Assembly (NCBI GenBank): GCA_913057825.1
Contig: CAJXOW010000007.1
Span: forward strand, 906-64,905
Origin: an uncultured Balneolaceae bacterium
GTDB lineage: Bacteria; Bacteroidota; Rhodothermia; Balneolales; Balneolaceae
DNA: 64,000 bases
Direction of reading: 5' to 3'
Shown here: one piece after another, positions 42,444 to 52,924 of the stretch
Position numbering within the stretch: position 1 is the first letter of the stretch
How the letters are laid out: the number at the start of each line of letters is the position of its first letter
Translations under genes and position numbers: made by a program
Notes under the pieces: generated by a model
Told to the model about the DNA's origin: nothing
The model's database searches: none
Seen by the model: the letters and a program-made list of their open reading frames with translations, nothing else

Positions 42444-44795
42444 CTATTTTAGAAGTAACATTTTGTGTGATTTCCTGAAAGACTCAGTTTTGAGCCGGTA
42501 GATATACGTGCCGCTGGTTAATCTCCCGGCATCAAATTTAACTGCATGTCGACCGGCGGATTGACGTTTTTTGACCACTGTAGCTATGTGCTTGCCCAGC
42601 AAGTTGAAGACTTGCAGTGTTACCTCTGTTGCCTCCGGGAGATTATAACGGATCGTAGTCGTCGGATTGAAGGGATTGGGATAAGGCTTATATAACTTAT
42701 ATGATTCCGGAATATCCGTTTTAGAAGTCAAATCCGAGATCGTCCCTACGACGAAACTCAATGTATCGGTAGATGTTTGGAGGGAATCTTTATCGATGGC
42801 CGTCACAGACCAGTAGTATCTGGTGTTATTATCCAACATAATACGAGGAGTAAACGAGGTATCCGTTCCGGTTTCAAACCGGTGTACCCCTTCGGTCAGG
42901 TTTTTATTTTTAGCCAACTTAACGGAATATCTCACGGTATCAACCGGATCTTTGTCGTAGGTTGACTCCCAAATTAGCTTTGCCAGTTGTGAAATCCCCG
43001 TTTCCGCTGAATCCGGTGATATCAAATTGAATGCTTCGGGAGGCGTCGGACCTGTATTGATCCAAAAAGATGCCGTATCTGTAATGGATGTACTCCCATG
43101 TTCATCCATAGCTTCCACATACCAAAAATAACGGGTGTCATCCTTCAACTCACTATCCGGCTGCACCCGATTGGTATCACTCGCCCATACATGAGCATTT
43201 TTAAAAGAAGAATCCGTCGCAACATAAATCCGGTAGCTTAACTCCTCCTGTAAATTCGGATCCTCAGGCTTTTCCCACGTAAATACCGGTTTTCGCTCGG
43301 TTAACTGCTTACCCTGTTCCGGGAATTGGAGCGAAAAGGGTCCCGGTGCAATGTTGTCCGGATCATAGCCGAATTTTTGAAATCCATTTAGATTTCCGGT
43401 CCCGTTCCCATGCTGATCTTCCGCAATTACTCTCCATTGATAATAGGTACTGTTGCTTAGTGACGGGGAAACTTTCATACTTGTACTCTCGCCTGCATCG
43501 TACTCATGGATTATGCCTGTAGAATCCTTTATCTGAAGCTTATAAGTAACCACATCTCCCGCATCCTGGTCGTTCGTTGCCTGCCAGTTGAATGACAGGG
43601 TTTTCTGTTCAAAGACCGATCCATTGTTCGGAGTACCGACTTGAAAGACTTCCGGTTGGCGGTTAGTGCTTTTAAAAGCGTACAAGTGATCTGAAGCCGT
43701 TATATACAAACGGCCTTGCGATCCCATTGCCGGGGTGGTTACCGAACCGTCAATCACCTCGTCCCATTCCAGTGTGCCATCGGTATTAAACACATAGAAA
43801 TTGGCTCGGTCCAGCGGTTGATGAGAACCGAGATAAATGTGCCCTGCTTGTCCCACGGTAACGGAATGTCGATCTCTGTGTTCAACCACTCTTTTCCACT
43901 TTAGATTACCCCCCTTATCCAGCGCAAACAAAGTTTTACCTTCCCCGGATACATATATATTTCCATAGGGACCAACAGTTGGCGACCTGAGTAGGCCGGC
44001 GGGGGTATTTGCTTTAGCTCTGAATTTCCATTTCAGGGTCCCGTTGGGATATAATGCAAAAACCTCGGATCCCGCTCCCACATATACATTTCCGTCTTTA
44101 TCCACTGCCGGAGTGGACAAATACGTATGTTCAATCCGGTACTCCCATTTTAAACTTCCATCCGGGGTAATCGCTCGCACATGAAAATCAACCGACGCGA
44201 CATAGATGGTACCGTCCGGACCTATAGCCGGCGATGCCTTCATACCATACCCATTATCATATTTCCATTTCAGACTTCCGTCGGGTTGAAGGGCATATAG
44301 TGCTTCTCCCGCATTAAAATAGATCGTCCCGTCATCCCCGATTACAGATTTTTCATCCATATTGCCACTCGTTCCAAAGGTCCACTTTATACTGCCATCC
44401 AAATTCAATGCATACAATGAATCATTTTCAGACATCACATAGACCGTTCCATTATTACCCAAAGTGGGAACGGCCCTTCTAAACATGGCATCCGCTTTAA
44501 ATCTCCATTTTTCGGTACCATCGGGATTCACCGCATGCACTACGCTATCCGAACTGAAGTAGACTGTTCCGTCTTGACCTATGGTGGGGGAGGAAGGGAT
44601 GGTCCCGAGAACTTCGAAGTCCCACAGCAACCGGTCGGTTGACGGCCCCACATATTCACTCAATCCCGAATTTTGTGCATCATTGGCAAACGAAGGCCAC
44701 GGACTGTCGGCTAACTGGCCCCGGGTGCGGAAAGGAAATGAAACGCAAATTATTATAAGGACGGCTAAACCAACACTCCTTGAATAATATCGCAT
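42444..44795 (-). CDS. PQQ-like beta-propeller repeat protein with Ig/Fn3-like modules and a T9SS C-terminal sorting domain
   Basis: Repeated DG(T/S)(I/V)Y(F/V)...L(Y/F)A(L/I)...DG(S/T)LKWK(F/Y) blades. C-terminal YPNPFNPTTTIRYNLPEATEVTLQVFNLLGKHIATVV...GTYIYRL. Confidence 0.85.
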   Translation of the reverse strand: MRYYSRSVGLAVLIIICVSFPFRTRGQLADSPWPSFANDAQNSGLSEYVGPSTDRLLWDFEVLGTIPSSPTIGQDGTVYFSSDSVVHAVNPDGTEKWRFKADAMFRRAVPTLGNNGTVYVMSENDSLYALNLDGSIKWTFGTSGNMDEKSVIGDDGTIYFNAGEALYALQPDGSLKWKYDNGYGMKASPAIGPDGTIYVASVDFHVRAITPDGSLKWEYRIEHTYLSTPAVDKDGNVYVGAGSEVFALYPNGTLKWKFRAKANTPAGLLRSPTVGPYGNIYVSGEGKTLFALDKGGNLKWKRVVEHRDRHSVTVGQAGHIYLGSHQPLDRANFYVFNTDGTLEWDEVIDGSVTTPAMGSQGRLYITASDHLYAFKSTNRQPEVFQVGTPNNGSVFEQKTLSFNWQATNDQDAGDVVTYKLQIKDSTGIIHEYDAGESTSMKVSPSLSNSTYYQWRVIAEDQHGNGTGNLNGFQKFGYDPDNIAPGPFSLQFPEQGKQLTERKPVFTWEKPEDPNLQEELSYRIYVATDSSFKNAHVWASDTNRVQPDSELKDDTRYFWYVEAMDEHGSTSITDTASFWINTGPTPPEAFNLISPDSAETGISQLAKLIWESTYDKDPVDTVRYSVKLAKNKNLTEGVHRFETGTDTSFTPRIMLDNNTRYYWSVTAIDKDSLQTSTDTLSFVVGTISDLTSKTDIPESYKLYKPYPNPFNPTTTIRYNLPEATEVTLQVFNLLGKHIATVVKKRQSAGRHAVKFDAGRLTSGTYIYRLKTESFRKSHKMLLLK

Positions 44796-44899
44796 AATAT
44801 CCCTCTTTTTAAGCCTATCTGGAAAAATAAAACTTCATTTCAGTGTAATAACTTATATAGGATACATCTCTTTCTCAATTAGATGGGTCATAATTGATT

Positions 44900-45036
44900 C
44901 CTGATGACACGCGCTTCGGTGCCAAATTTTATACGTGTTGCTTTGTTTGCCGGTTTTGAAGGCCTGAGAACTTTGACGGTGCGAACTCGTATTTAAGACT
45001 ATAGGGAAAATTTTGCGCCGAAGCGCGTGTCGGTTG
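44900..45036. repeat. Family-1 palindromic element, copy C (outer 3' arm partly deleted)
   Basis: Arms GACACGCGCTTCGGTGCCAAATTTT / AAAATTTTGCGCCGAAGCGCGTGTC. Same orientation as copy B. Confidence 0.8.
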
Positions 45037-45224
45037 AAAAGTATGGGTTGCTTTTTTACCTCTCGACAAGGACTGGCTTGAAACCAAGGAGGAACATTAA
45101 GGGATTAACCAAATAATTTGGATACACTCTTTGGAAATCGCGTTCGTTAGTCCTATTCTTTATAGTTTGTTCCGGATCATATTTGTTCGCCGCAATTTGA
45201 ATTTTCAGTTATTGTAAACCGCGT

Positions 45225-48041
45225 ATGTCTCAGTCGAAATCTGCCGCTCATGCCAAGGCCAAGGAAAAAGCCAAAGAGATTGAAGATCGCCCGATCAAGG
45301 TCAAAGGTGCCCGGGTCCACAATCTGAAAAATATTGACGTGGAACTGCCCCGCAACCAGATGACGGTGGTGACGGGCGTGTCGGGATCCGGAAAGACGAG
45401 CCTGGCGTTTGACACGATTTATGCCGAGGGACAGCGTCGCTACGTCGAGAGCCTGTCGAGCTATGCCCGACAGTTTCTTGAGCGAATGGACAAGCCTGAC
45501 GTTGATTTCATGCAGGGCATCTCCCCGGCGATGGCGATTCAGCAGAAGACCACCTCCAACAACCCGCGATCGACGGTGGGGACGACGACGGAGATCTACG
45601 ACTATGTCCGATTGCTCTTTGCGCGGGTCGGCAAGACCATTTCGCCGGTTTCGGGGGAAGAGGTCAAAAAAGACTCGCCCGAAACGATCATCGACGACTT
45701 GATGGAGCAGGAGGAAAAGACCAAGTTCTACGTGCTCTTCCCGATCCCGCATCACGAGGAGCGCGATATGGAGGAAGAGCTGGACGTCCTTAAAGAGAAG
45801 GGATTCACCCGCCTGCTGCAGGTCGAGGATGAAGAAATGGTGGATATCACTCGCGATGAGGTGGATCCCGATAATATCGATCGTGAGAACTGGCGCGTGC
45901 TGGTCGACCGGCTGGCCGTGAAGCACGACGATCAGACCCGCAGCCGGATGACGGAGTCGGTCGAAACGGCGTTTCGCGAGGGACATGATCGCTGCTCTAT
46001 CAAATACCGGGACGGCGAAGAGAAGTATTACAGTCAACGGTTCGAGCGCGACGGTATGGAGTTCATGGAACCCAGCCCGCGGATGTTCTCCTTTAACAAC
46101 CCCTACGGGGCATGCGAGACGTGCGAAGGGTTCGGTCGGGTGACCGGCATCGACGAGAACAAGGTGATTCCCGATCCGCAGCAAACCATTCGCAACGGGG
46201 CCATCGCACCGTTCGACTCCAAGAAGTTCAGCCGACACCTGCGGGACCTGATTAAAGTATCGGCCCGGTATGAATACCCGATTGACACCCCGTACAAACA
46301 GCTGTCTGACGAGTACAAAGAGGTCATCTGGAACGGTAAGGACGAATACGATGGCATCTATCCGTTCTTTAAGAAGATCAAAAGCAAATTTTACAAGGTG
46401 CACATGCGCGTGTTTTACGCGCGGTACCGCGGATACAGTCGCTGTCCCGATTGCGACGGCTACCGGGTGCGACCCGAGGCGTTGAATGTGAAGGTCGGGG
46501 ATGCGCACGTGGGTGAGGTCACCGAAATGTCGATCGGGAAGGCGCGCGAGTTTTTCGAGGAGCTGGAGCTTTCCGAATTCGAGAAGGAAGTGGCCGAGCA
46601 GATATTGTACGAGATCCGCAAGCGGTTGAAATATCTTGACGAAGTGGGACTCGAGTATTTGACCCTCGACCGACAGACGCGGACCCTCAGCGGGGGCGAG
46701 TCGCAGCGGATCAGCCTGGCGAATTCGCTGGGAAGTTCGTTGATCGGGAGTCTGTACGTGCTTGACGAGCCGACGATCGGGCTGCACCCGCGGGATAACG
46801 ACCGGTTAATCAATATTTTGAAGTCGCTCCGCGATATCGGCAACACGATCCTGGTGGTCGAACACGATCCGGAAATGATTCGCCAGGCCGACAACATCCT
46901 GGATCTGGGGCCTTTTGCCGGAGTCCACGGCGGCGAGGTCGTCTTTGAAGGGTCGTACGATGATCTGTTGGAAGCGAACACCCTTACTGGCAAGTACCTG
47001 AGCGGACGCAAGAAAATTCCGGTCCCCGACGAGCGCCGCGACGGCAGTGACAAAAGCATCACCCTTAAAGGCGCCACCGAACACAACCTGAAGCACATCG
47101 ACGTCGAGTTTCCGCTGAACAAGCTGGTGTGCGTGACCGGCGTGAGCGGCTCCGGCAAATCGACCCTGATTCACGATACGCTGTTTGCCGCCATCCAGGA
47201 CGAACTAGGGACCTACAAAGATGAAGTCGGCCGACATAAAGCGATCGAGGGACTGGAGCATATCGATAACGTGGAGATGGTCGATCAGAGCCCGATCGGT
47301 CGGTCGAGTCGCTCGAATCCCGCCACCTACACCAAGGCCTTCGACGGGATCCGGGACCTGTTCGCCAATACGCGTCAATCGAAGATCATGGGATACACGC
47401 CCGGACACTTCTCCTTCAACGTCCCCGGCGGACGATGTGAAACGTGCGAAGGCGAGGGCGTACAGACCATCGAGATGCAGTTTCTGGCCGACATCGAACT
47501 CACCTGCGAGGCCTGCGGCGGGACCCGCTACCGCAAGGAGATTCGGTCCGTCAAATACCGGGGCAAGAGCATCACCGATGTGCTCGACATGACCGTCAGT
47601 GAGGCTATCGAATTTTTTGTCGACGAGAAATCGATCACCAACAAGCTCCAGCCGCTCGAAGACGTGGGACTCGGTTACCTGAAACTCGGTCAGAGCGCCA
47701 CCACGCTGTCCGGCGGCGAGGCCCAGCGCGTGAAGCTTGCCAAGTTCCTGACCAGCACCAGCAGCGATCATACCTTTTACTTCTTCGACGAGCCGACCAC
47801 CGGCCTGCACTTCGAGGATATCAACCGGCTGCTCGCCTCCTTCAAGGAGCTCGTCGACAACGGTCACTCGGTCATCATCATCGAGCACAACCTCGATGTA
47901 ATTAAATCGGCCGACTGGATCATCGACCTGGGACCCGAAGGCGGCTACGGCGGCGGCAAGGTCGTCTGCACCGGCACGCCCGAAGAAGTGGCGCAAAACG
48001 AAGACAGTCACACGGGACGCTACCTGCAGAAAGTGTTATAA
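45225..48041 (+). CDS. uvrA: Excinuclease ABC subunit A
   Basis: Two ABC modules ([14 protein letters not shown] and [14 protein letters not shown]), zinc-finger CxxC pairs and LSGGE signatures. 938 aa. Confidence 0.97.
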   Translation: MSQSKSAAHAKAKEKAKEIEDRPIKVKGARVHNLKNIDVELPRNQMTVVTGVSGSGKTSLAFDTIYAEGQRRYVESLSSYARQFLERMDKPDVDFMQGISPAMAIQQKTTSNNPRSTVGTTTEIYDYVRLLFARVGKTISPVSGEEVKKDSPETIIDDLMEQEEKTKFYVLFPIPHHEERDMEEELDVLKEKGFTRLLQVEDEEMVDITRDEVDPDNIDRENWRVLVDRLAVKHDDQTRSRMTESVETAFREGHDRCSIKYRDGEEKYYSQRFERDGMEFMEPSPRMFSFNNPYGACETCEGFGRVTGIDENKVIPDPQQTIRNGAIAPFDSKKFSRHLRDLIKVSARYEYPIDTPYKQLSDEYKEVIWNGKDEYDGIYPFFKKIKSKFYKVHMRVFYARYRGYSRCPDCDGYRVRPEALNVKVGDAHVGEVTEMSIGKAREFFEELELSEFEKEVAEQILYEIRKRLKYLDEVGLEYLTLDRQTRTLSGGESQRISLANSLGSSLIGSLYVLDEPTIGLHPRDNDRLINILKSLRDIGNTILVVEHDPEMIRQADNILDLGPFAGVHGGEVVFEGSYDDLLEANTLTGKYLSGRKKIPVPDERRDGSDKSITLKGATEHNLKHIDVEFPLNKLVCVTGVSGSGKSTLIHDTLFAAIQDELGTYKDEVGRHKAIEGLEHIDNVEMVDQSPIGRSSRSNPATYTKAFDGIRDLFANTRQSKIMGYTPGHFSFNVPGGRCETCEGEGVQTIEMQFLADIELTCEACGGTRYRKEIRSVKYRGKSITDVLDMTVSEAIEFFVDEKSITNKLQPLEDVGLGYLKLGQSATTLSGGEAQRVKLAKFLTSTSSDHTFYFFDEPTTGLHFEDINRLLASFKELVDNGHSVIIIEHNLDVIKSADWIIDLGPEGGYGGGKVVCTGTPEEVAQNEDSHTGRYLQKVL

Positions 48042-48076
48042 AGCTTGAAGTAGAGCCTGACTTCAGATTAATTATC

Positions 48077-48334
48077 CTACTTATCATTATGGGGCGGAAT
48101 TTGGCTCGTATGCCAAACTGCTTCGATATAAATAGTTTCTTCTATAAGGCGGTAAGCAATCCTGTAATTACCTACAAGCAACTCCCGGAACGACTCCTCG
48201 CTAAATTCCGTGACCCCCCTTCCCAACCGGGGATTATTTTGCAATATATCTGTCTTACTTATGAGTTCTGAGCTCCATCTTGCAGCAGCTTCCAAATCAT
48301 CCCGGGCTATATAATCAACAAATTCATTGACCAT
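48077..48334 (-). CDS. ParE/RelE-family toxin-like protein, orphan and probably N-terminally decayed
   Basis: ...FVDYIARDDLEAAARWSSELISKTDILQNNPRLGRGVTEFSEESFRELLVGNYRIAYRLIEETIYIEAVWH fits the ParE fold pattern. The same frame upstream reads DIKWSRQAIR (the usual first strand) but has no canonical start codon. There is no room for an antitoxin gene. Confidence 0.55.
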   Translation of the reverse strand: MVNEFVDYIARDDLEAAARWSSELISKTDILQNNPRLGRGVTEFSEESFRELLVGNYRIAYRLIEETIYIEAVWHTSQIPPHNDK

Positions 48335-48421
48335 TCGAATGGCTTGCCGCGACCATTTTGATATCCCCCGTTAAGTTGATAGGTTGAAGTATTAGCTGTT
48401 ATTAAGCCAGAGAAACCAACC

Positions 48422-50593
48422 ATGGCACTTACTGTTCGACATCGTGCTTTCCGATGGTTTTTGTTAACCGGGGCATGGTGCATCTGCCTGCTGTTTGCGG
48501 CTCAACAACTGAACGCCCAGCAACGCATCGGCGGTCCCTACGAGGCCGATTCTTCGACAGTGTTATTGCTGCATTTCAACGGGGATTATCAGAATGAAGT
48601 GGACGCCACAGCCGATCCCCGTCCGCATGGGAATACCTCATTTGAAAAATTAGACAGTGCGGGTGTATTCGGTCAGCAGTTACGACTTGACAATGATTCT
48701 CCTGCCGATAAAAGCCACCTGCAAGTACCCGATACCTCTACATTGGATCTGACGGGTTCGTGGACCATGGAAGCGTGGGTTCTTTTTTTTAGCTTTTGCC
48801 CTACTCAGGATTGCTTACCAAAATACCCTCGAATCTTGTTCAAACCCGGCGACGTCGACACCTCCCGATACTATCTTTCCAATTATTTTATCAATGCTTT
48901 CAGCACAAGAAGGAGTTGGTCTACCGGATATTACAGTCCGTCCGCCGGTACGTGGGTTGAAATCAGATCTCCCTATAACATTCTTGGAATCGGGGAGTGG
49001 TATCATGTCACCTTCATCCGGGATACCTCCAAAAAAATGATCGTCCAGATGATCCATCAAAATGCATCCGACCCCGGACGCCTGCCCGGCTACGAATCGG
49101 ATTCCCTTGAATTGCTGCATCTGGAAGCGTTTGACTATGAGGAGGCGGGACAACTGGGCAGCCCTCAAATCAGCAGCCAGCCCTTGTTTATCGGAGCCAC
49201 CCCTCAAAATGACACCTTATACGGCAACCTGGACGGATGGCTGGACGAGATTCGCATCAGTAATACCGTACGGAATTATCGGGTTCCCCCGTTGATTACA
49301 GGGGTTACGGAGCTGGAAAATCAAACAGCGGATCATGACTATCAGATTGAAGCGACCATCGAAACGATCGGCGATAATACGATAGCAGCAGCCGAGCTGC
49401 ACTACCGGGTGGATGAGGGGGGTTGGCAGACTTTGAGGATGTCCGAGGAAACCGATAACCGGTACACCGCCCGCATCCCCTCCCAGCCGGTCGGCTCCCG
49501 CATGACGTACTGGGTCGAGGCCCGTACCGGCGACGGACAACAAACCCGTCAGCCGTCCACCGCTCCCACCGATTCGGTCTATCAATTTGGCGTGTGGAGC
49601 GACAGCACGCGCGTCCTGCACCTGCCGTTTGACGAAGGCAGCGGAAATCCCGTGGATCAATCGTTTGCGGAATCCGAAATCACTTTTCACAGCAACGCAT
49701 CCGGTCCCACATACGCGGACGGTGACGCCGGAGAAGGCGACCAGGCGATGGTGTTCAACGCAACCAACTCCACCTGGCTGGAGGTTTCGTCACCCTTCCA
49801 CGACCTCACCAACTTCACCCTCGAATTCAAATTCATGGCCCGTGACTCGCTTCCCCTGCAGGACACCCGACTTATAGCCAAAGGGGATCAATCGACCCTC
49901 TATTACAGCAACTACCAGATCTATTTCGACCCGAACGGGGCGGTTCGTCCGGCGATCTATGCCGCGGATAACGGGCTTGATCCCTGCGGAGAATTTACCG
50001 GGGGATGTCTGCTGATGGATGGTACGAATGAACACATCGAAGCAGAAACCTGGTATCGTGTTCAACTGGGTATCCGGGAACCCGAGGGACTGGTGGCCGA
50101 CACCGGCCGCATTTTTGCGCATTTATTGGAGGTTGCTTCGGGAGATACGATTGCCAAACGCGTCCACCCGGTGGATGCCGGTGCCAGACCCAATGCGAAT
50201 TCGCTCATGATCGGAGGAACCGGGGGATCCGAACCTTACTTTAACGGCCTGATCGACGACCTTTCCCTCTACAACTACATACCCTCGAGAATATTCACCG
50301 ACACGCCGGCCCGTACCGACCCGCTGCCCCGACAAATTACCTTATCCCGGAACTATCCCAACCCCTTCAATCCAACCACTACCCTTAGATTCAGTTTGCC
50401 TCGGGCCTCCCATGTTCAACTGACGGTTTATAATTCTATCGGACAAAAGGTATCCACCCTTATACGACGAATGATGCCTGCTGGGAACCATTCTACCACC
50501 TTCAACGCATCTGGTTTGTCTTCCGGCGTCTATATCTATCGGTTGAAGGCAGGGGATCATACTGAGTCCAAAAAAATGCTCTTGTTGCAATAA
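48422..50593 (+). CDS. Secreted LamG-domain protein with a T9SS C-terminal sorting domain (paralog of 1530-5831)
   Basis: The mature N-terminus AQQRIGGPYEADSSTVLLLHFNGDY parallels AQLPQAGGPYTPDSNTVILMHFDGAD in the larger protein. LamG endings DEIRISNTVR and IDDLSLYNY. Tail NYPNPFNPTTTLRFSLPRASHVQLTVYNSIGQKV...GVYIYRL. Confidence 0.85.
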   Translation: MALTVRHRAFRWFLLTGAWCICLLFAAQQLNAQQRIGGPYEADSSTVLLLHFNGDYQNEVDATADPRPHGNTSFEKLDSAGVFGQQLRLDNDSPADKSHLQVPDTSTLDLTGSWTMEAWVLFFSFCPTQDCLPKYPRILFKPGDVDTSRYYLSNYFINAFSTRRSWSTGYYSPSAGTWVEIRSPYNILGIGEWYHVTFIRDTSKKMIVQMIHQNASDPGRLPGYESDSLELLHLEAFDYEEAGQLGSPQISSQPLFIGATPQNDTLYGNLDGWLDEIRISNTVRNYRVPPLITGVTELENQTADHDYQIEATIETIGDNTIAAAELHYRVDEGGWQTLRMSEETDNRYTARIPSQPVGSRMTYWVEARTGDGQQTRQPSTAPTDSVYQFGVWSDSTRVLHLPFDEGSGNPVDQSFAESEITFHSNASGPTYADGDAGEGDQAMVFNATNSTWLEVSSPFHDLTNFTLEFKFMARDSLPLQDTRLIAKGDQSTLYYSNYQIYFDPNGAVRPAIYAADNGLDPCGEFTGGCLLMDGTNEHIEAETWYRVQLGIREPEGLVADTGRIFAHLLEVASGDTIAKRVHPVDAGARPNANSLMIGGTGGSEPYFNGLIDDLSLYNYIPSRIFTDTPARTDPLPRQITLSRNYPNPFNPTTTLRFSLPRASHVQLTVYNSIGQKVSTLIRRMMPAGNHSTTFNASGLSSGVYIYRLKAGDHTESKKMLLLQ

Positions 50594-50837
50594 AAGGTTG
50601 ATTCATCTGCATACATGAACACAAATAGGTCACACCTTTTCCAATAAGTCAGCAAATACTATGGATTCATGGGATATCATGTCCATATGCCCACTTCTCC
50701 TATTTCTTACTAAAAGAGGTCTTTGCTCTCTACCCTGCTTGAAAAAATCCCCTGAATTATCAAAATTATATCTATAGGGTTGCCTGTTAGGCTTGTCGAC
50801 TTACTAATTGATCCAAGATCCGGGAGCGTGACATAAA

Positions 50838-51266
50838 ATGGGAAAGAGTTCAACCTGCATGACCGTAGTTTTATTAATTGGCGCAATTATGCTCGGGCTT
50901 ACCACCTGCAATGGCGTAAGCTGGGCCCAATCTACTCCGGGGATTACATTTGAGACAGTGGAACCGGTATATATACATGCTCAAAGTCACGGTACTCCAT
51001 TGACTACCTACTCCTATAAATCGGTTGGCTACGCCGTACTCTCGCCCGATCAGGTGTTGGAGGCGGCCTGGATTTACGGGGTCAAGCCCGAAAAGGTGGC
51101 TTTTCAAGCGATGTGGTTCTACCGGCGCAACGATCTGCAGAACATAGCAGGCGTGGAATCGGTCCGCGACGCCGTCGAAAAATTAAATCACCTTCAGCTA
51201 CAAGAGGCCAAAACCCGTCACGCCGAACCTATGGAAGGAAGCGGACCCCGCGACTCTGTCAGATAA
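50838..51266 (+). CDS. Hypothetical secreted protein
   Basis: 142 aa with a signal peptide or lipobox-like LGLTTCNG. No family recognised. Confidence 0.45.
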   Translation: MGKSSTCMTVVLLIGAIMLGLTTCNGVSWAQSTPGITFETVEPVYIHAQSHGTPLTTYSYKSVGYAVLSPDQVLEAAWIYGVKPEKVAFQAMWFYRRNDLQNIAGVESVRDAVEKLNHLQLQEAKTRHAEPMEGSGPRDSVR

Positions 51267-51315
51267 CCAGCTTTGGTTTTATTGAAACCGGATGAAATGA
51301 TACTTTTTATCGTTT

Positions 51316-52764
51316 TTACTCGATTCGGTCAAACTCTTCCTTGACTTCTTCGTCGGGTCCCTCGCCCAGCAGGCTCACCAGCAGGATCGCGGCGGTCCCC
51401 AACAGAAAGCCCGGCAGGATTTCGTACACATCGAAGAGTCCGCCGGATAACTGTTTCCAGACGATCACGGTTACGGCCCCGGTCAGTATCCCGGCCATGG
51501 CGGCGTTGCGGGTGATGCGGCGCCAGAACAGGCCGAAGAGCACCACGGGTCCGAAGGAGGCCCCGAAACCGGCCCAGGCGTAGGCGACCAGGTTCAGCAC
51601 CATGCTGTCGGGATCGGCGGCGATGGCAACGGCGATCAGGGCGACCGCAATCACCGACCCGCGTCCGATCCAGACGAGTTCTTTGTCCCCCGCTTCTTCT
51701 CTGAAGAGCGCCTTGTAGAAATCTTCGGCAATCGCGCTCGAGCAGACCAGCAGCTGGGAGTCGACCGTACTCATGATGGCCGACAGTATTCCCGCCAGCA
51801 GCACGCCGGCGACCCATGGATTGAACTGTATCTGGGTAAGCTCGATAAAGACCTTTTCGGCATCCTGCAGCGGGGCGTCGGCAAAAAATCCGATACCCGA
51901 AAATCCGACGAACACCGATCCCAGGATCCCGAAGATCATCCACGTCATGCCGATCAGCCGGGCCTTGGGCACAATTTTCTCCGAGCGGATCGCCATAAAC
52001 CGGGCCAGGATGTGCGGCTGACCGAAGTACCCGAGTCCCCAGGCCGCCAGCGAGATAATGCTAATCACCGACATCCCCGAAAAGATATCGATGTACTCAA
52101 TATCCACTTTGGCCGCCAGTCGAACCGTTTCGTTCCAGCCGCCCAGGTCATAGATCGTCATCACCGGCACGATCAGCAGCGCCATAAACATGAGCACGCC
52201 CTGTACAAAGTCTGTCCAGCTCACCGCCATAAATCCGCCGAGAAACGTGTACGAAACAATCACCAACGCCCCGATAGCCAGCGCCCAGTAGTAATTGAGT
52301 CCGAAGCTGCTTTCAAACAGTTTGGCTCCGCCGACCAGTCCCGACGAGGTGTAGATCGTAAAGAAAACCAAAATCACCACAGCCGAAACCACGCGCAGCA
52401 GCCGAGAAGAGTCGCGAAAACGATATTCAAAGAAATCGGGCAGGGTCAGCGAATCGTTCGCCGCATAGGTATAGGAGCGCAGTCGTCGCGCCACAAACTG
52501 CCAGTTCAGGTAAGCGCCGATCACGAGTCCGATGGCAATCCAACTCTGGCTCATACCCCCGGCATAGAGCGCGCCCGGCAATCCCAGCAGCAGCCACCCG
52601 CTCATATCCGATGCCCCGGCGCTCAGGGCCGCCACGAAGCTGTTCAATTGTCGTCCGCCGAGAATATAATCCGACAGGTTCTCGGTGAGGTGGTAGAAAA
52701 GCATACCCACCCCCAGCATTCCGACAAGATACACCACAAATGTCACCAGCACCGGTACATTCAT
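51316..52764 (-). CDS. putP: Sodium:proline symporter (SSS family)
   Basis: 482 aa with about 13 TM segments. The N-terminus (YILGGRQLNSFVAALSAGASDMSGWLLLGLPG) is typical of PutP. Confidence 0.85.
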   Translation of the reverse strand: MNVPVLVTFVVYLVGMLGVGMLFYHLTENLSDYILGGRQLNSFVAALSAGASDMSGWLLLGLPGALYAGGMSQSWIAIGLVIGAYLNWQFVARRLRSYTYAANDSLTLPDFFEYRFRDSSRLLRVVSAVVILVFFTIYTSSGLVGGAKLFESSFGLNYYWALAIGALVIVSYTFLGGFMAVSWTDFVQGVLMFMALLIVPVMTIYDLGGWNETVRLAAKVDIEYIDIFSGMSVISIISLAAWGLGYFGQPHILARFMAIRSEKIVPKARLIGMTWMIFGILGSVFVGFSGIGFFADAPLQDAEKVFIELTQIQFNPWVAGVLLAGILSAIMSTVDSQLLVCSSAIAEDFYKALFREEAGDKELVWIGRGSVIAVALIAVAIAADPDSMVLNLVAYAWAGFGASFGPVVLFGLFWRRITRNAAMAGILTGAVTVIVWKQLSGGLFDVYEILPGFLLGTAAILLVSLLGEGPDEEVKEEFDRIE

Positions 52765-52924
52765 GACTTCCGCTCCGGTCTTTGTTTAAGATAGGACCAG
52801 ATGCAAAGCGCCAACACAATAATCATCGGTGCCAGCAGCCAAATCCAAGTGGGGAGCGTTAATGAAGTCGGGTGCATTTTATATGGCTTATTGGTTGTTA
52901 TGTTGGTGGTTGCTTTTAAGGAAA

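Noticed and set aside
45177-46787. 536-aa ORF antisense to uvrA. Similar long shadow ORFs include 26477-27463 opposite gyrB, 4629-5501 in the LamG gene, 51329-51943 and 52012-52794 in putP, and 47205-48011 opposite uvrA.
   Set aside because: All lie entirely inside strongly supported genes on the other strand or in another frame. Their translations are low-complexity and R/G/P-rich with no motifs, as expected for shadow frames.
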